A DNA stretch of 64,000 nucleotides from Chlorokybus atmophyticus (GCA_009103225.1 RHPI01002048.1:1079906-1143905); one strand, 5' to 3'; counted from the stretch's first letter, positions 24,389 to 41,342 are shown. The notes: generated from the letters alone by a model not told the origin. Numbers and translations are program-made.

Positions 24389-26420
24389 CCGGAAGAATTG
24401 AGCTGTTTAACGCATTACAGCCGCTCGGCATATAGCCGGTCGGTGATCAACCGGCCCACTGAGGTGGTTAGGGTCGTTAAGGCGCTGATAAAGATATTTC
24501 GGCTGTTAACACTGATTGTCTTCCAATTAACTGTGATGCACAATCCATTGGTGCTATGTATATGTGCGGAAGCAGTCAAAATGATAGTTAAGGAGCAATT
24601 GTAGTATGGACCCTTCCAACCTCGTACTGGAAAAACGCGCCCGCAGTAACAATTACTGGCGACAAGTCGAGGTGAATAATAGGGCCAGCGGCTGATGGTT
24701 ACCCGGCCATTGCCTTTGGGATATTTCCGTAGTGATGATTGGCAATCATGGGCATTTTGCCGCATGTATGGCGACGATGGCTTGCACCGTTTACATCCAA
24801 GTTGTCAAACGCGGTTTTCCACCAGATGGCGGCCCAACAACACGTTTTTCGTTTAGTTGGAATCTTAATGTTGAGGTAATTTAGGTTAGCGTTATTCTGT
24901 TGTTGCTAACTGTTTCAATGATCACCCAAGCAAATAATATAACGTTCTGTGAACAACATTTGTCAAATTCATCATTGCGTACGCGATTTAGCAGAGTTGA
25001 TTGGTGTATAGGTGACTGCGTCAGCAAAACAATCCGTCCACCAATTCACAAACCCTGATATGGCCATGCTACTGGTTGCTTGACACAATACGTCAAAGTA
25101 GTTTCCCTAGGTCACCCATCACAATCGCGAGAATTCGCCGAACGTTGGCGAATCTTGGAGAATGTTCAGTTACATTGTATGGTGTATCGGGTTAAGCGCC
25201 GACGCGTAAATACTAGAGTAGAGTTTGGCGTGGCACAGCCTGTTGTTACCAGTGTGCAGTTGTGAGCAGCGCTGCGTGCGCATTGACAGGGCGCATGGTA
25301 CCTGCAGCAGAGTTGACGTCAGGTGCTAGCAACTCTAACTGTGATAGCGTCATTGAGGCCCGCGCCCCCCCCCCCCCCCCCCCCCCCNCATCCACTAGTT
25401 TCAAGGATTCGTTGGCGCTGGGTATATATTAAAAGTTTCGCTTTCAGTCTTCACTATTTTTCAAACGGCTACGAAGTGTTAAGGATACTTCGTAGCCGTA
25501 CAGTATCCGTCACTTTCTTGTCAATCTATGTGGTGGAGATTCCGTCAAAATCCCAATCAAAGTATACCATTGCATATACGGGGGGTAGGGTTTCACCTGC
25601 TATCAATGGGTTAAATTGTGGCCTCTATCGAACATGGGGATTCTTCGTTCACAGTGTATGAAAATGACGGATAGTCCGTGGCACTACAGAAATGGACATC
25701 TACATACAGTCTAACCTCAATAAGAGCATACCATCGGGAACACCTCTTTCTATGCACTTATCGCGGATATGCACTTACGCTGCCTTATACTACCAGTAGA
25801 GTGCATTGGTGTTGGGCAAAACCATGCACTTATCGCGGATATGCACTTATCGAATATGCACTTATCGAGGTTAGACTGTAACGCCCCGAGTTGTGCGTGC
25901 TGGACGGCTTGTGCTGTGGTGGAAGGCCGGAAGAATTGATGATGTTTAACGCATTACAGCCGCTCGGCATATAGGCCTAGCCGGTCGGTGATTAACCGGC
26001 CCATTTTTATGCGTTGCTGCGCGGGTAAGGTGTTGAGGGGGTTAGGGGCGTTAAGGCGCTATTTAAAACAAGGATTCGCTCGTTGGCGCTGGGTATATGT
26101 TAAAAGTATCTCTTTCAGTCTTCACATCATTACTTTTGAAACAAATACTTCGTAGCCGTACAGTATCCGTCACTTTCTTTTCAGTCTATTTGGTGGAGGA
26201 ATCGTCAAAACCCTAATCAACCTATAATGTCCATTGCAAACACGTTAGGGTTTCACCTGTTATCAATGGGTTATATTATGGCTTCCGTCAACCATGGGGA
26301 TTGTATTTTTCGTTCCCTCTCAATTTGTATGTATTTAAATGACAGATAGTCCGTGGCATTACACACATGAACATCCATATAATGCCCCGAGTTGTGCGTG
26401 CTAGACGGCTTGTGCTTTGC
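24389..26420 (+). repeat. Diverged tandem/dispersed repeat family (partial copy 24389-24490; copies at about 25399-25925 and 25926-26420)
   Basis: Shared blocks include ccggaagaattga...tttaacgcattacagccgctcggcatata, ttggcgctgggtatat, tacttcgtagccgtacagtatccgtcactttctt and gccccgagttgtgcgtgct. Confidence 0.7.
25707..25878. mobile_element. pogo/Tigger-like MITE, 172 bp
   Basis: TA|CAGTCTAACCTC...GAGGTTAGACTG|TA, with TIRs of about 24 bp and 2 mismatches. Internal ATGCACTTATCG motifs are repeated. It is absent from the paralogous repeat copy near 26380. Confidence 0.85.
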
Positions 26421-28034
26421 TGAAGCTGAATTGGTTGACTGAAATAATAAGTATACAATACGCATTGTTTGCTTTGGGCCTTATTGCACTTGCTTGCGCT
26501 AGCTTGTGGCTATATGCGTTTAATTCTCTACATGTGATGCATCAGAACTATTAGAATTTTAATATATAAGACGCGGCATGTACGCTACAAGCTAGGTCTT
26601 AAGACCAACTGCGCAAACCGGATCAAGCTAAATGCAAATTAAATCAGACCAATGAATGGTTGTCTTTATTCAGTGCAGCTAGTGACCCATGGCATGATGC
26701 ATGTAAAGCGTTAAAGCGATAACCGAAGCTGAAGCCGAGTCGTAGAGTAAAACGGCGGGCCTCAGAATGCAAGCAGTCACAATACGTGTGCCAGTTGGCA
26801 ATGATATAGAAGACAATAACCACCTATCAAACAACAACCCAAGCTCAACTAGCTAGGCTGGGGGGGGGGGGGGGGGGGGGGTNNNNNNNNNNNNNNNNGG
26901 GGGGGGGGGGGGGATTCATATGTGCAAGGCAGGACATGCAAATAGTGCCGGAAGGCATGGCACAATTGGACTTCAGTGCAGCACTCAGTTGTACAGGGGT
27001 GTATAAGGGCCCGGAATGATGTATGTGTAGCAAAGCCGAGGCGAGCAAAGGCGTTGAGAAGATGCAGCTGATGACACAGCACTGCGAAAAGGGAGTGCGA
27101 CGTGCTGTACGTATGTATGCTGCGCGCCAATGGGTGCAAACCCTAACGACGCAGTTGTGGGTGGAGGTGTATGACGCAGTTGTGGGTGGAGGTGGTGATG
27201 TGGGCGGAGGAGGGGGAGTCCGTTGGGGCTGCTGCTGCTGCTGCTGCTGCCTCGGCTAAGACTGGGCCGCTAACCAACGACCGTTGTGCAGGTGAACGCA
27301 TATGCATGTGCACGCTTACATGGCTAACGGGGTGGTAGGGATAGTGCAGCGTGTGAGGTGGTGATGAACCCGGTGGTCGACCTGACAATAGTGTTGTTGT
27401 ATGCGCTATGTCACTCTGCATGCTGCTGACTGTGCATGCCACTATGCATGTGCGTTGCCGTTTCGCATTGTATTTACAATGCGAAACGACGGCAACATCA
27501 TGTGAGCGCAGCTTGAAGAATCTTTAGGTGTGCAGCTAGTACCAGGCAGCTAAGTAGCATGATAGGTTAACTGAAATTGCTACCATGCATCTCCTGCTTG
27601 GGCCTCCAGATATCAGATCAGTCCCATGCCAGCCAGTCCCGGATAAGAGTCTCAGCAAGCCCTCAACATGATCCTGAGGCCAACAACATGTAACATGTGA
27701 CCTTCCGTATCATGTGTGCGTCGTAGCCACTTGCGCGCGCGCGCGCGCCGTGGTTCAAGGGTGTTTTTAATAAGATCCCCAGCAAACGCAAGGTGGTCGC
27801 TGATCAAAGTGTGACACAGTTTGCACAACAACATGCTGATGAACTGCCACAAGCATCATCACGGGCATTGAAGGCAGGTAATCTGTGTTTGCCAATCACA
27901 AATTTTTGTGATGCGAGTATGTTGCATGCCTGAGAAAGAAGTTGTGAATTGAGTTGCTGCACGCAAACCAGTGTTGTCGTGCCGTCACAACACACTACGC
28001 CCGTCATCAACTCCAAGCAAACCCGAACCATGGT

Positions 28035-31052
<3,018 letters not shown>

Positions 31053-31452
31053 GCTCACCTATAACCATATCCACAGCCTCAGGCAGTAGGATCGGATCAG
31101 TCCCAGGGGAGACAGTCCGGGATCAAGAACTCCCATACAAGCGCCCATTACGATCCTGAAGCGGACGAACAACGCCAAACGGGAAGGCTACCGCACCCTG
31201 TATACGCTCTCAACGCAGGCATATTCTACTTACTGTAACTAGAAGTAGTAGGTGCGCTCCGTTTGGGTCGAAGAATGACTCGCTGGGACTCCCGGCTCCG
31301 GCTGTGCTGTTGAGTTTAGGTCGTCATCGGGACACATGAGGACAGCTGCTGCGTTACGGCGGCGTAACGGGAGTGGCCTTCGGAACGGCACAGGGGCAAG
31401 CTAGATAAGTCCTGCCTGTCTCATAGTGGGCGTCAACGAAGCGCACGCCAGC

Positions 31453-33382
31453 ATGGCGGCGGCGGCGGTGGTGAGGGTGGCAGTGGTCAAGGCGGCTGTG
31501 CAAGCAGATGGAGCTGGTATACGTAAGTCACGCGTGCAGCAACCAGCAGCTTTGCGCAGCAGCAGGAAAGACAGAGGCGTTGTGCGGCTGCGTGCCACTG
31601 GCTTAGCGGGGTTGGAGTCAAGCTTGAGCTGCAGCAGACTGGTAGTTTGTGCTAGCTTAGATGAACCCTCTGCTGCTGAGGCGGCTGTGAAGGAGAGCGT
31701 TGGGGTGCCGGAAGCGGACAGGCATTATGCGGTCGGGTCTTCTCATGCCTCTGCTTCATTTTCCTCCAAGGACGAGAATGGCACCTCAGCACCCCTGCAT
31801 GCTTCTGGCGGTGGCGATGACGGGTCGTCAGGGTACGTTGCCAAGGGCTTCAGTGCTCACATGCACCAACTGCATGCAATAAGGCACTCTTGTCTGTCCA
31901 TCTGCCATGCACTTTGAGCTGTATTGAGGTATGTTAGTCAGTGTTAGCCTCATGTGCATTACTTGGTGCAGTGTTCTTGCATATCGCTGTCTTGCTCATG
32001 ATTCATCTGCAGCTTCCATGCCAGCTGTGTGCTGTTGGCTGTAACTCAAGCTAGGTGCATGCCATGGTCGTCGCTGTCATTGTCATTATGCAAGCGGGAC
32101 TACTAGCATTGCATTATATATACACAGTTGCTTCTGCAGCGCTGATGTGTATACATCCGTCAGGTTTACAGGGGGAGGGGGAGGGGGAGACAATGGTGAC
32201 AGCTCAGGTGGAGAGGGTGGAGCGAAGCCTACTGAGCTCAGCGCTGCATTGGCAAAAGCCAGCAGAACGCTCGACAGCCTTCCTGCAGATCTTGCAGCAG
32301 CGCTCTCGGATGGACGGGTGCCAGTCAGTGTCTTACACAGATACCTGTCAATGGAGACGAAATGGTTCAAGTTCTTGTTGAATTTCGGTGGTTTTCGCGA
32401 GAGGTTGCTCGCAGACAACCTCTTCTTAGTGAAAGTTGGCATTGAGTGTGGTGTCGGTGTCTTCACAAAGGTGAGCTCATTGCTCTTTCAGCGCCCCGCA
32501 GTGACGCACAGTCTTCTTTGGCCCTGAGTCGACACTTTAGTGTGTGCATGCGATAGCCTTCAACACGGCTGCTGTCAAACCTTGCAACAGCGGTTTGAAC
32601 ATGCATACACAAGTTGGCTATGCTGAGAGTGGTCGTACGTACATGCAGACAGCCGCTGAGTTGGAGAAGCGGCGAGACAAGTTTTCACAAGAACTGGATT
32701 TTGTCTTTGCAGATGTGGTACGCTTGTCTTGTTTGATAACTCGGAGCGACTGCATGCTGCCTGCCTCGGTACAACTTACTTTATTGTGTACCATACCACG
32801 TTTATGCGCAAATGGTTTGCTGTCATGCAGGTGATGGCGATTATAGCTGACTTCATGCTTGCATGGTTGCCGGCGCCTACTGTCGGCCTCGGGAAGGCGC
32901 CAGCGAGGACCGCTGGCAAACTGGCGACTTTCCTCTTCAACTGTCCAGACAATGCCTTCCAAGTGGTCGTTGGAGCCAGGCCGTACACGCTGCTGCAAAG
33001 ATCAGGCGCCATCGTGCGCAATGGTGCCAAGCTATTTGCTGTGGGTACGGGTGCTTCATTCTTTGGAGTAGCCTTGACCAACGTGCTGCTTGCGCTTCGT
33101 CGCGTGATGTCCAAGGGAGGTGTCGTTGAGTTGAATGAGGAGCAGGACGTGTTGAAGATGTCCGTTGCGTATGGCGCGTACATGGCTGTGTCGAGCAACC
33201 TGCGCTATCAAGTTCTTGCTGGAGTCTTGGAGCAGCGCATGTTGGAACCGCTGCTGCACAAAAGTGAGCTGGCGCTCAGTGCGGCGTGCTTCCTTGCTCG
33301 CACGGGCAATACGTTCCTCGGCAGTCTGTTGTGGGTGGACTTCGTGCGAATACTTGGACTTCAGAAAGCAAAGGAAGCCTGA
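31453..33382 (+). CDS. RETICULATA-related (DUF3411) chloroplast envelope protein, 4 exons (31453-31832, 32164-32470, 32649-32717, 32831-33382)
   Basis: Transit peptide and Gly-rich linker, then LPADLAAAL...GFRERLLAD..FL.KV.IECGVG.FTK|TAAELEKR.DKF..ELDFVFADV|VMAIIADFMLAWLPAPT...CPDNAFQ, AVSSNLRYQVLAG and RTGNTFLGSLLWVDF. Confidence 0.92.
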
Positions 33383-35349
33383 TGGTCTTGTTCAACAGGC
33401 ATTTGCAGGCAGGCGTGAGGCCTGCCAGCAGTTGTATATGCTTCATGTAGATAGCCACGTGTGGATATTGCTGTGTACAATGTGGCCTGTTTGTCTATGT
33501 ATAGTAGTGAGCTACAGCTAGCTGTCGAAGTAGTAACTAGCAAAGCTGCCATGTAAGTCGGATTGTTGGTTTCATTGGCAGTCACTCATCTTGCAGGGCT
33601 GTGTAGCCATATGGCGAGCATTCTTGCCCCCACACTGCTATCATCAACCAACTGATTCTGCTGGGCAACCTTGAGGTGCTTGTCGCTTTCTGCATCCTGA
33701 ATCGCAGCACGCGCCAAGTATGCAGTGGCATCCATGCCAGTAGTGCGTCTTGTCGATACACGTAAGCACTTGTGGCACTGAAGCTGTCGTTGTGAGTGTC
33801 TGCGAGTGCATATCAGGGAAAGGGGGNNNNNNNNNNNNNNNNNNNNNNNNNNNNNNNNNNNNNNNNNNNNNNNNNNNNNNNNNNNNNNNNNNNNNNNNNN
33901 NNNNNNNNNNNNNNNNNNNNNNNNNNNNNNNNNNNNNNNNNNNNNNNNNNNNNNNNNNNNNNNNNNNNNNNNNNNNNNNNNNNNNNNNNNNNNNNNNNNN
34001 NNNNNNNNNNNNNNNNNNNNNNNNNNNNNNNNNNNNNNNNNNNNNNNNNNNNNNNNNNNNNNNNNNNNNNNNNNNNNNNNNNNNNNNNNNNNNNNNNNNN
34101 NNNNNNNNNNNNNNNNNNNNNNNNNNNNNNNNNNNNNNNNNNNNNNNNNNNNNNNNNNNNNNNNNNNNNNNNNNNNNNNNNNNNNNNNNNNNNNNNNNNN
34201 NNNNNNNNNNNNNNNNNNNNNNNNNNNNNNNNNNNNNNNNNNNNNNNNNNNNNNNNNNNNNNNNNNNNNNNNNNNNNNNNNNNNNNNNNNNNNNNNNNNN
34301 NNNNNNNNNNNNNNNNNNNNNNNNNNNNNNNNNNNNNNNNNNNNNNNNNNNNNNNNNNNNNNNNNNNNNNNNNNNNNNNNNNNNNNNNNNNNNNNNNNNN
34401 NNNNNNNNNNNNNNNNNNNNNNNNNNNNNNNNNNNNNNNNNNNNNNNNNNNNNNNNNNNNNNNNNNNNNNNNNNNNNNNNNNNNNNNNNNNNNNNNNNNN
34501 NNNNNNNNNNNNNNNNNNNNNNNNNNNNNNNNNNNNNNNNNNNNNNNNNNNNNNNNNNNNNNNNNNNNNNNNNNNNNNNNNNNNNNNNNNNNNNNNNNNN
34601 NNNNNNNNNNNNNNGGGGGGCAAGGCTGGATCCCAGATGGCTGAGCAAGTCAAGGAATATGTCAACAACACCCACAGGTAAGGGGAGCAAGTGGTGGCGC
34701 ACTCACTGGCAGGCGTTCTAGCAGAGTAGTAGCAGTAGTTGCCCCTTGTATAAACAATGCGCAACGGAATGTGTCATGTGTTATGAACATTGACAAGCTG
34801 TACTCGCCATCGACAACTTACTGAGCGCGTGTTGTTTCCTGAAGTTGAGACCATGCCTGCATGTGCTCACTAAGTCATGTTGACAATATCCACAAAGCCG
34901 TCAACTTCATGAACGGCTAGCATGGACAACTTATGTATATGTTCGCTTGCAGCGATAAACTAACACGCACACGCATGCGTACACGCACAAGAACTCACAC
35001 TCACGAGTGCACAACGTGCATGTGTCCAGCACGCATGCTCCTGCGTCCGCTAATCATCGGTGGATGCATGTGCACATAGACAGATGCGCATCTGCGCGCT
35101 CATGAGCGCGCAAATGCACACATGTGTATAAAGCTGACAAGTGCCATACACATCTCACCACATTAACACAAACATAGCATGACGTTAAGATTTGGGGCCA
35201 GGCCAGTGCCCAAACATTGACTGCTCGATCAACATGCCTAGATTCCATGCCTAGACTCTAAACACTAATATTTTAACATCACGTGGCAAACTGTTCCCGA
35301 CCATACCTAACCAACACCAAAAACACAACACCACAGCAGCACACAACGT

Positions 35350-38300
35350 CAGGCACCAACGTGTAAGGCAACTACGCTACTCCTGCTAACGCTGCGTCCT
35401 CCTCCAGCGTCGGTGCAGACGTGTGCAGCGGGCTCCACCCCGGACGGCCGCCACCGCCGCCGCTCCTCTCTCGACCAGCGCCGGGCCCTGCGCGCGCTGC
35501 AGCGCACAGGCCACGCGCTGCCTGAAGATCGCGACAAAACCGCTCAGGCGTGCTGCAGGCAGGCCACGCGTGTACACCGCCTGCCTGGCGCAGGTGCTGA
35601 TGACGTGGTGGAACGCTGCGCCCAGCGTGCCGTGCGTCTCGGCAGCCAGGGGGAAGAAGTCGTCCTGCGGCGGGTGGTCGCGATACTTCCGCCTCTTCGC
35701 CATCTCCGCCTCTCTCGCCGCCGCCCATGGCCTAGGACCACAGGCCGTCACAGTGGCATCCAGCAGCCATCTGCGGTTACGGCTTGGTGCCGAGGCGACC
35801 TTGTCCACGCGCCTGCCCCATGACTCGCCGACACAGGCATAAAGCCCGTCTGCTCCGTAACCCCGCCTCCTTCAAATTTACATTAGGGTAAATGGTCCTA
35901 ATTTCGGCGAAATAAGGTTTGGGTTTATGGGTGAAGCTGATTGGTTCATTTTTTGGCGGTAATGTGAGTGGCAAAGATAAAGCTTATCAAAGTACCAACA
36001 CGTACATATTTTTTTGATAATTTCTGACCTATGACGCGGCAGTTATGCCGCGCCAAAGGAGCATGTGTATAATGTAGCGGCCAAAAAAGTCCCTTACCTT
36101 ATTTCGGCGCCAGCTTTGCCTGTGTAAAGGCTGTTTGGTGCCGGCTGTGGCGTGTGAGTGGCGGGTGATGGGTGGCGCAGGCTATGGTGACAGTGTCAGC
36201 TGCCTGTTTCCCGCCACAGGGGGCGGGAGCAGCTGTCACTCCTTTTCCCGCCACCATGGCGGGAAAAAGCTGTCAACCAGCAAGGCAGTTGTGCGTAGGG
36301 TTGTAGCAGCTTAGCAGTTGTTGTGCATGCAGGCGAGGAGGGCGGCGAGGGAGGCGACAGCAGCAGCAGCGGCAAGCATGTAAGGGTTAGAAGGGTACAC
36401 AGTGTTATGTACAGGGTTAGGTTCTATGCGTAGCTAGGGTAGCTAGGCTGCTGTCTAAGTTGGGCTGCCCGCTTACCCCGCCACCTTGCACCAGCTTGCT
36501 TGCAGTCCTGTCTCTCCCAACCGTTGGCAATGCGGTGCTTGATCCATTCTCCCCAGTCTAGGAAGGGGAGATGCTTCTCGCTCACCCACAGCATAGGGTC
36601 CCACTCCCATTGGTTCATAAGCGCTGTTGCCTCCTGCCTTGTCCTGTCACGTTACTCTTGTTCCAAGCGCTGTGCTTCTGCCTTCTCAGCTTGCGCTTGT
36701 GTTTGCTGGTCTTGTCTTGTTGCTGCTTCTGCTGCCCTTGCTTACTTCCTTGCTTCTTTGCAGCCGTTCTTCACTGCTGCTTTGCGTGCCTGCTCCTCTT
36801 TCCTTGCTGCAGCTGCCTCAGTCTTCTTAGCAGCAGCAGCAGCACGATCTTCTGCTGCTAATATCCTCGTGTGTCAGCCACTCCGCAGTCTTGGGTCTCA
36901 CCCCAGCCTTTTCTTCAGTGGTTGAGGGGCGCTGGCATTTGCTGCAGTTGCTGCTTCCTCCTCCACAACAGGCTCAACCTCAAGCTCGGGATCAGCACCC
37001 ATGGCATCCACAAGCACATCCAGCAGTCCCTTCGCAGGCTCTGGAGGGAGGTATTTGTCTACAGCACCGTCCATTCCGGGGCGAGATTCCTGCACATGTG
37101 CATGTGTTAGTCATTTTGTGCATGCACATGCATGTGTGTGTTGCATGCATACTGAGTTGCTTACCGCAAGCCTTGAAGCCTGCCAGTATGTTGTCTCTGC
37201 TCAGCCCTGCATGGAAGCATGGCACAAGCATTTGCAGGAAATCCTCATTAGGTAGCCCTCTGACATGTCTGTGCGTGCGTATCCATGCAGCATACTCCTT
37301 CTTGTACTGAGCTTTAAAGCTCGAGAAGCAGGATACGTCGAGCACCTGGAGCCTGTGTGTCGTATGTGGAGGGAGGACCAGGATCTCCAGTCCCATCTCC
37401 TTGCACTTGTCTATTGTCTCCACATTGTATCTACTTACATGTCCATCACGGATCAGTAATGCTGGATTGCTGGGCGAGATGCCACTAGGCATGTGTCTTG
37501 CCAGGAAGTCAATCCATGTGCCAAAGTGCTCGGTGGTCATCCATGCATTCTCTTGGCAGCTCAGGGACGCACCAGGGATGGAAAAGGCATCTGACCATTC
37601 TGAGTAAAGGTGCTTGCCAGCCAGGATTGCTGTTGGGGGGATGGTGTAGCCTGACCCTGTTACTGCTGCCATCACGATAATGTGTTGCCTAGCCCCTCAT
37701 GCTGCCAACTGAGCATACTTGCACCCTCTGCAACATAGGTGCGTGTTAGCATGAGCTTTCAATAGTATGAGCATGTGCATGTGCATGAAATAGTATACAA
37801 GGAGTCGCTCACCTTTGGACTATGACAGTTTGGTTTCTCATGGTGGAATCCGGTTCTATGCCAATCTCATCACAAGAGATGAGACGCTCTAGTCCTATGC
37901 CCGTCTCCTCAACCACTTCCTTCAACTTCTGGAAATAGTGTTTAACTATCCACCTCCGGAAGCTGGTGCGTCTGCTGGCATCTACAGGCTCAGCCTTGCG
38001 CTTGCTGAGCTTGTGCCTCTTTATAAAGCCTCTCACCCACTTCTGTCCAGGTATACCGTCCTTCAACTCCTCCCTCCTTTTGTAATTCCTCAGCACCTTG
38101 GCAACATGCTTCGCAATGTCCGCTTGTGTCATGGCTTGTCTAATGTCATTTTGCCAATTGAGCAATGCCACCAACTTACTCTCCTCTGCTTGCGTAAGCA
38201 CACTTGGCCTCCCTGCCCCCCTGCAGCACAGGTAATGAGGTCACACATAGCACACACATACACACACACACATATCACACATACACAGATCACACTAGTA

Positions 38301-39680
38301 ATAGTTTACTTGTATTTTTGCAGGCGCTCAGGGTTGGCAATGTAGTCCTTAAGTGTTGACTCTGGCAGGCCAAGGTCTCTGGAAGCCTCGGTAGCAGACA
38401 TGCAACCCTCCTTGATGGCGACCATAGCCTCCTGCACCTTAGGCAGCAGTGCTTCTCTGTCCTTCTTCTTCATATATGGGCCCCTCTTGTGCTTGTTCAG
38501 TTGTGCCTTTGCGTACAGCTGAACTTGTTTGTTGGTGACGCGTTTGGCACTGCTGGCTGCAGTCCTTCTCACCTGCCAGCAGAGTGCGAGTACTAAGGCA
38601 CAATGAAATGCTGGCAATAGCTGCAACACATGGGCGAGGATGAGAATACCTCTGAGCCCAAGAGTAACAAAGATAGCATTGTCCATAGCATAGAGTTGGA
38701 AGAGCAAACCGCAACTTACTTGTGTAGGCATAGCAACCTTGTACTGCTGCTTGTACCCTCACACCGAGTTCGTGTGCCTCACACTCCTTGCATGCTAGCA
38801 CTGCTCCCTACCACTTGTGTGCGTGCACCCAAGCATGACACCCTCATTAAAACACCAACACAAAGCAAATGGAACCCCTTAGTCGCGTTAGACCAAGCAG
38901 CTAGCAGTGCCAACTATGTTAGCTTGCACGTTACGCATGTTGCTTTAGGGGTGCCACACTAACTTCTTCGTTTCTTAGCTGAATAAGCTGAAACTATGTA
39001 GCAAGTTGCTTTTGCTATTAACTAACACAATGCAACAAACCGCAAGCCCAAAGCTAGCCTAATTACAAAGTTATAGCTTTTACAAAATTAAAAGGTGTTA
39101 CGCGTATACGCGATAGGGGTGGCACACTAAGTTGCTCATATCTAATCCAATCAAGCTGAAACTTGGATAAGTTGCATTATTACCTAACCAAAATACTGCA
39201 GCAAACCGCATGTCAAAATTCATTCGCATTCAAAAGTTATATCAGCTAGCCACTATGACATAGCATTTTACTAAAATTAAATAATTTCAAAAATTCACAT
39301 CTCCCGCTATACCTGTCCAAATGGCCCCGTTTTTGAACCAAACGTCGCGCCTATGCCTAATCAAGCGGCTCCTAAGAGCCCACCGCGATCCACGGCTCAC
39401 AGCGCTCCCTATAGTCAAAAAAGCGCAATCGCCGAAGTTGGGTTGCCCGCCGAAATTAGGACCATTTACCCTACAAACATTTCGTCATGCAACGCATCGC
39501 GCGTGGCAGTGCGGCCGCCGCCCATCGGGCAGCAACCTAGATGCTAACAAGGAGTGGTTGTAGCAAGGTAGGCGGGCAGAGCATACAGGCAGCCAAGGGG
39601 CCACCACCCCGAGCAGCGGTATTGTAGTTGGTAAGGAGGTTGCATAATCAAAGGCATGAGGTCCCCTTGGCCGCAACCGT
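35350..39680 (-). mobile_element. 3' fragment of a CRE-like (restriction-like endonuclease) non-LTR retrotransposon, split by the pogo insertion (about 39680-39474 and 35885-35350)
   Basis: Right part: HLGCCPMGGGRTATRDAL (zinc-knuckle remnant). Left part: LKEAG...RRVD...LLDATVT...AAAREAEMAKRRKY...FFPLAAETHG.LG...RQRVACALQRAQ, the C-terminal RLE signature. Frameshifted. Confidence 0.7.
35886..39471 (-). mobile_element. pogo/Fot1-like (Tc1/mariner, DDE_1) DNA transposon, 3586 bp, with an intron-containing degenerate transposase
   Basis: Perfect 24-bp TIRs GGGTAAATGGTCCTAATTTCGGCG (35886-35909 and 39448-39471) with a TA TSD. HTH-psq (SATEASRDLGLPESTLKDY), CENP-B HTH (LTQAEESKL...PGQKWVRGFIKRH), and DDE motifs (ISCDEIG; LLIRDGHVSR; LPPHTTHRLQVLDVSCFSSFK). 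Stops occur in the C-terminal exon. Confidence 0.92.
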
Positions 39681-41305
39681 TATGGCGTAGATGGCCAACC
39701 AAATGGAACCTTCGGATTAAGGGAGGCCCATTACTTGCCCGGGGGAGCCTGCCTTTTAAGGAGAATGCAACGAGGTGGGACACACTCTTGGCGCCTTTTA
39801 CACGCAATTATACTACAAGCATTGATGTGCGGGTAGCGAAATGGGAGGGAAAGAAGGGAGGCGAGGAATAGGTCTGGCACAAGATGTCATTTCTGTAGTC
39901 ACTGACCTCAGGAATTCCAATAATACTAGCGTCCGCTCACTCCCTTGGCGAAGCGTGTAACTTGTGAAGTGAGTGATGAGGTGGTCACACAAGACTTGTG
40001 AGAAGAGGCTGCTTGTGAACCTCCTCATTACAACGGGGCGAAAGGGGCACAAGGGTTTACGCGATTGCAGTTTGGACTGTAATCGCGACTATCCAGAACG
40101 ACTCGGATACTTGTGTACAAGGCCTTGCCTCCTTATCACATGCTTATTTGTGATCAATGCTCGTACATTACCACGGCCTCTGAGGCATCTCAAGAGGCTT
40201 CAGCAGCCCGGCTGGCTTGTTATGTTGACACATGTCACAAGTTGATGCCCACTTTGCTCGTGTGTCAAACTTTACCACACAAACAATAAATTATGGTTTT
40301 TCTCGTTTGCCCTTTATTGTTGGCCTATGAATTATGTTGTATTATAAGTCATGACATAGCGGTAATCTTCCATAAACCGCTGATGTATCAGAAGCCTTAA
40401 ACAGGCATTTATGTCTAAACTGCAATGCATCAGGCACAACCAGCTTGCCCTTACGGTAGTTAACACCGTTGTTGCGCGGCAACCATTCTTTTGTTTACAT
40501 ACACACTTAACAAGCACATGCTACATGGGTGACATGCTACATCAAAACACTACAGCTTGCAGTAATAACACAAGTCGGCGGGATTTTGAGAGTATGAGGC
40601 TTATACCCGCCAAAGTCTGCATCGAATACACATTGTTGATTTACAAGCAACACCGTGCCAATAACGCAATCAAATCCTATGCTGTACGTTGCACGTAGCT
40701 CACTTCATGAGCTACGTAACAAGCTATGCTACATGTCACTTGAATCCGTAACCGTCAATTTTGACGGTTCTTAAAAGGTCTTCAACGTTTGTGACTGAGC
40801 CATATGCCTGAACTTGGATTGTGATTGATGTGTGTTTACTTTGTTGGTTTAGCTAAATACAACCGTTGTATTTTGCTGAAGTAACAAAGTAAGTCTAATG
40901 TTGGTCGTCGCAAATTTTACACGGTGATTAACCAAGGACTGAGGGACTGACGGGTGCCTGAGCCTGCATGAACCTGCCTGCCGCTGCCTGACATGTTACT
41001 TTTGGACTGTTGGATTTGCCATTGGCTTAAGTGGACTGACGCAGACGGCCGCTTGCCGAATGTGGTTGTCAGTGGCACTGACCGGGCGAGAGTTGTCAAC
41101 CAGTTACCCTTTGGTCGATGTGCACAGACGGCCGTTAGCCGGTAGTCACGGAGAGCTGACAGCAATAGCCGGCAGTTTCCTTGCTGTTAACATATGACGC
41201 TTACCGTTTGACAAAAGTTGACAATTCTTGCCGTAAGCCAACACTAACATGCCATGCAGCTTGTATAAACCTTTGACTGATTATTCGATCTTGCAGCTAT
41301 AAGCC

Positions 41306-41342
<37 letters not shown>

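Noticed and set aside
33586-34764. ORFs spanning the N gap, with short peptides on each side
   Set aside because: Mostly X; the flanking fragments are too short to assign.
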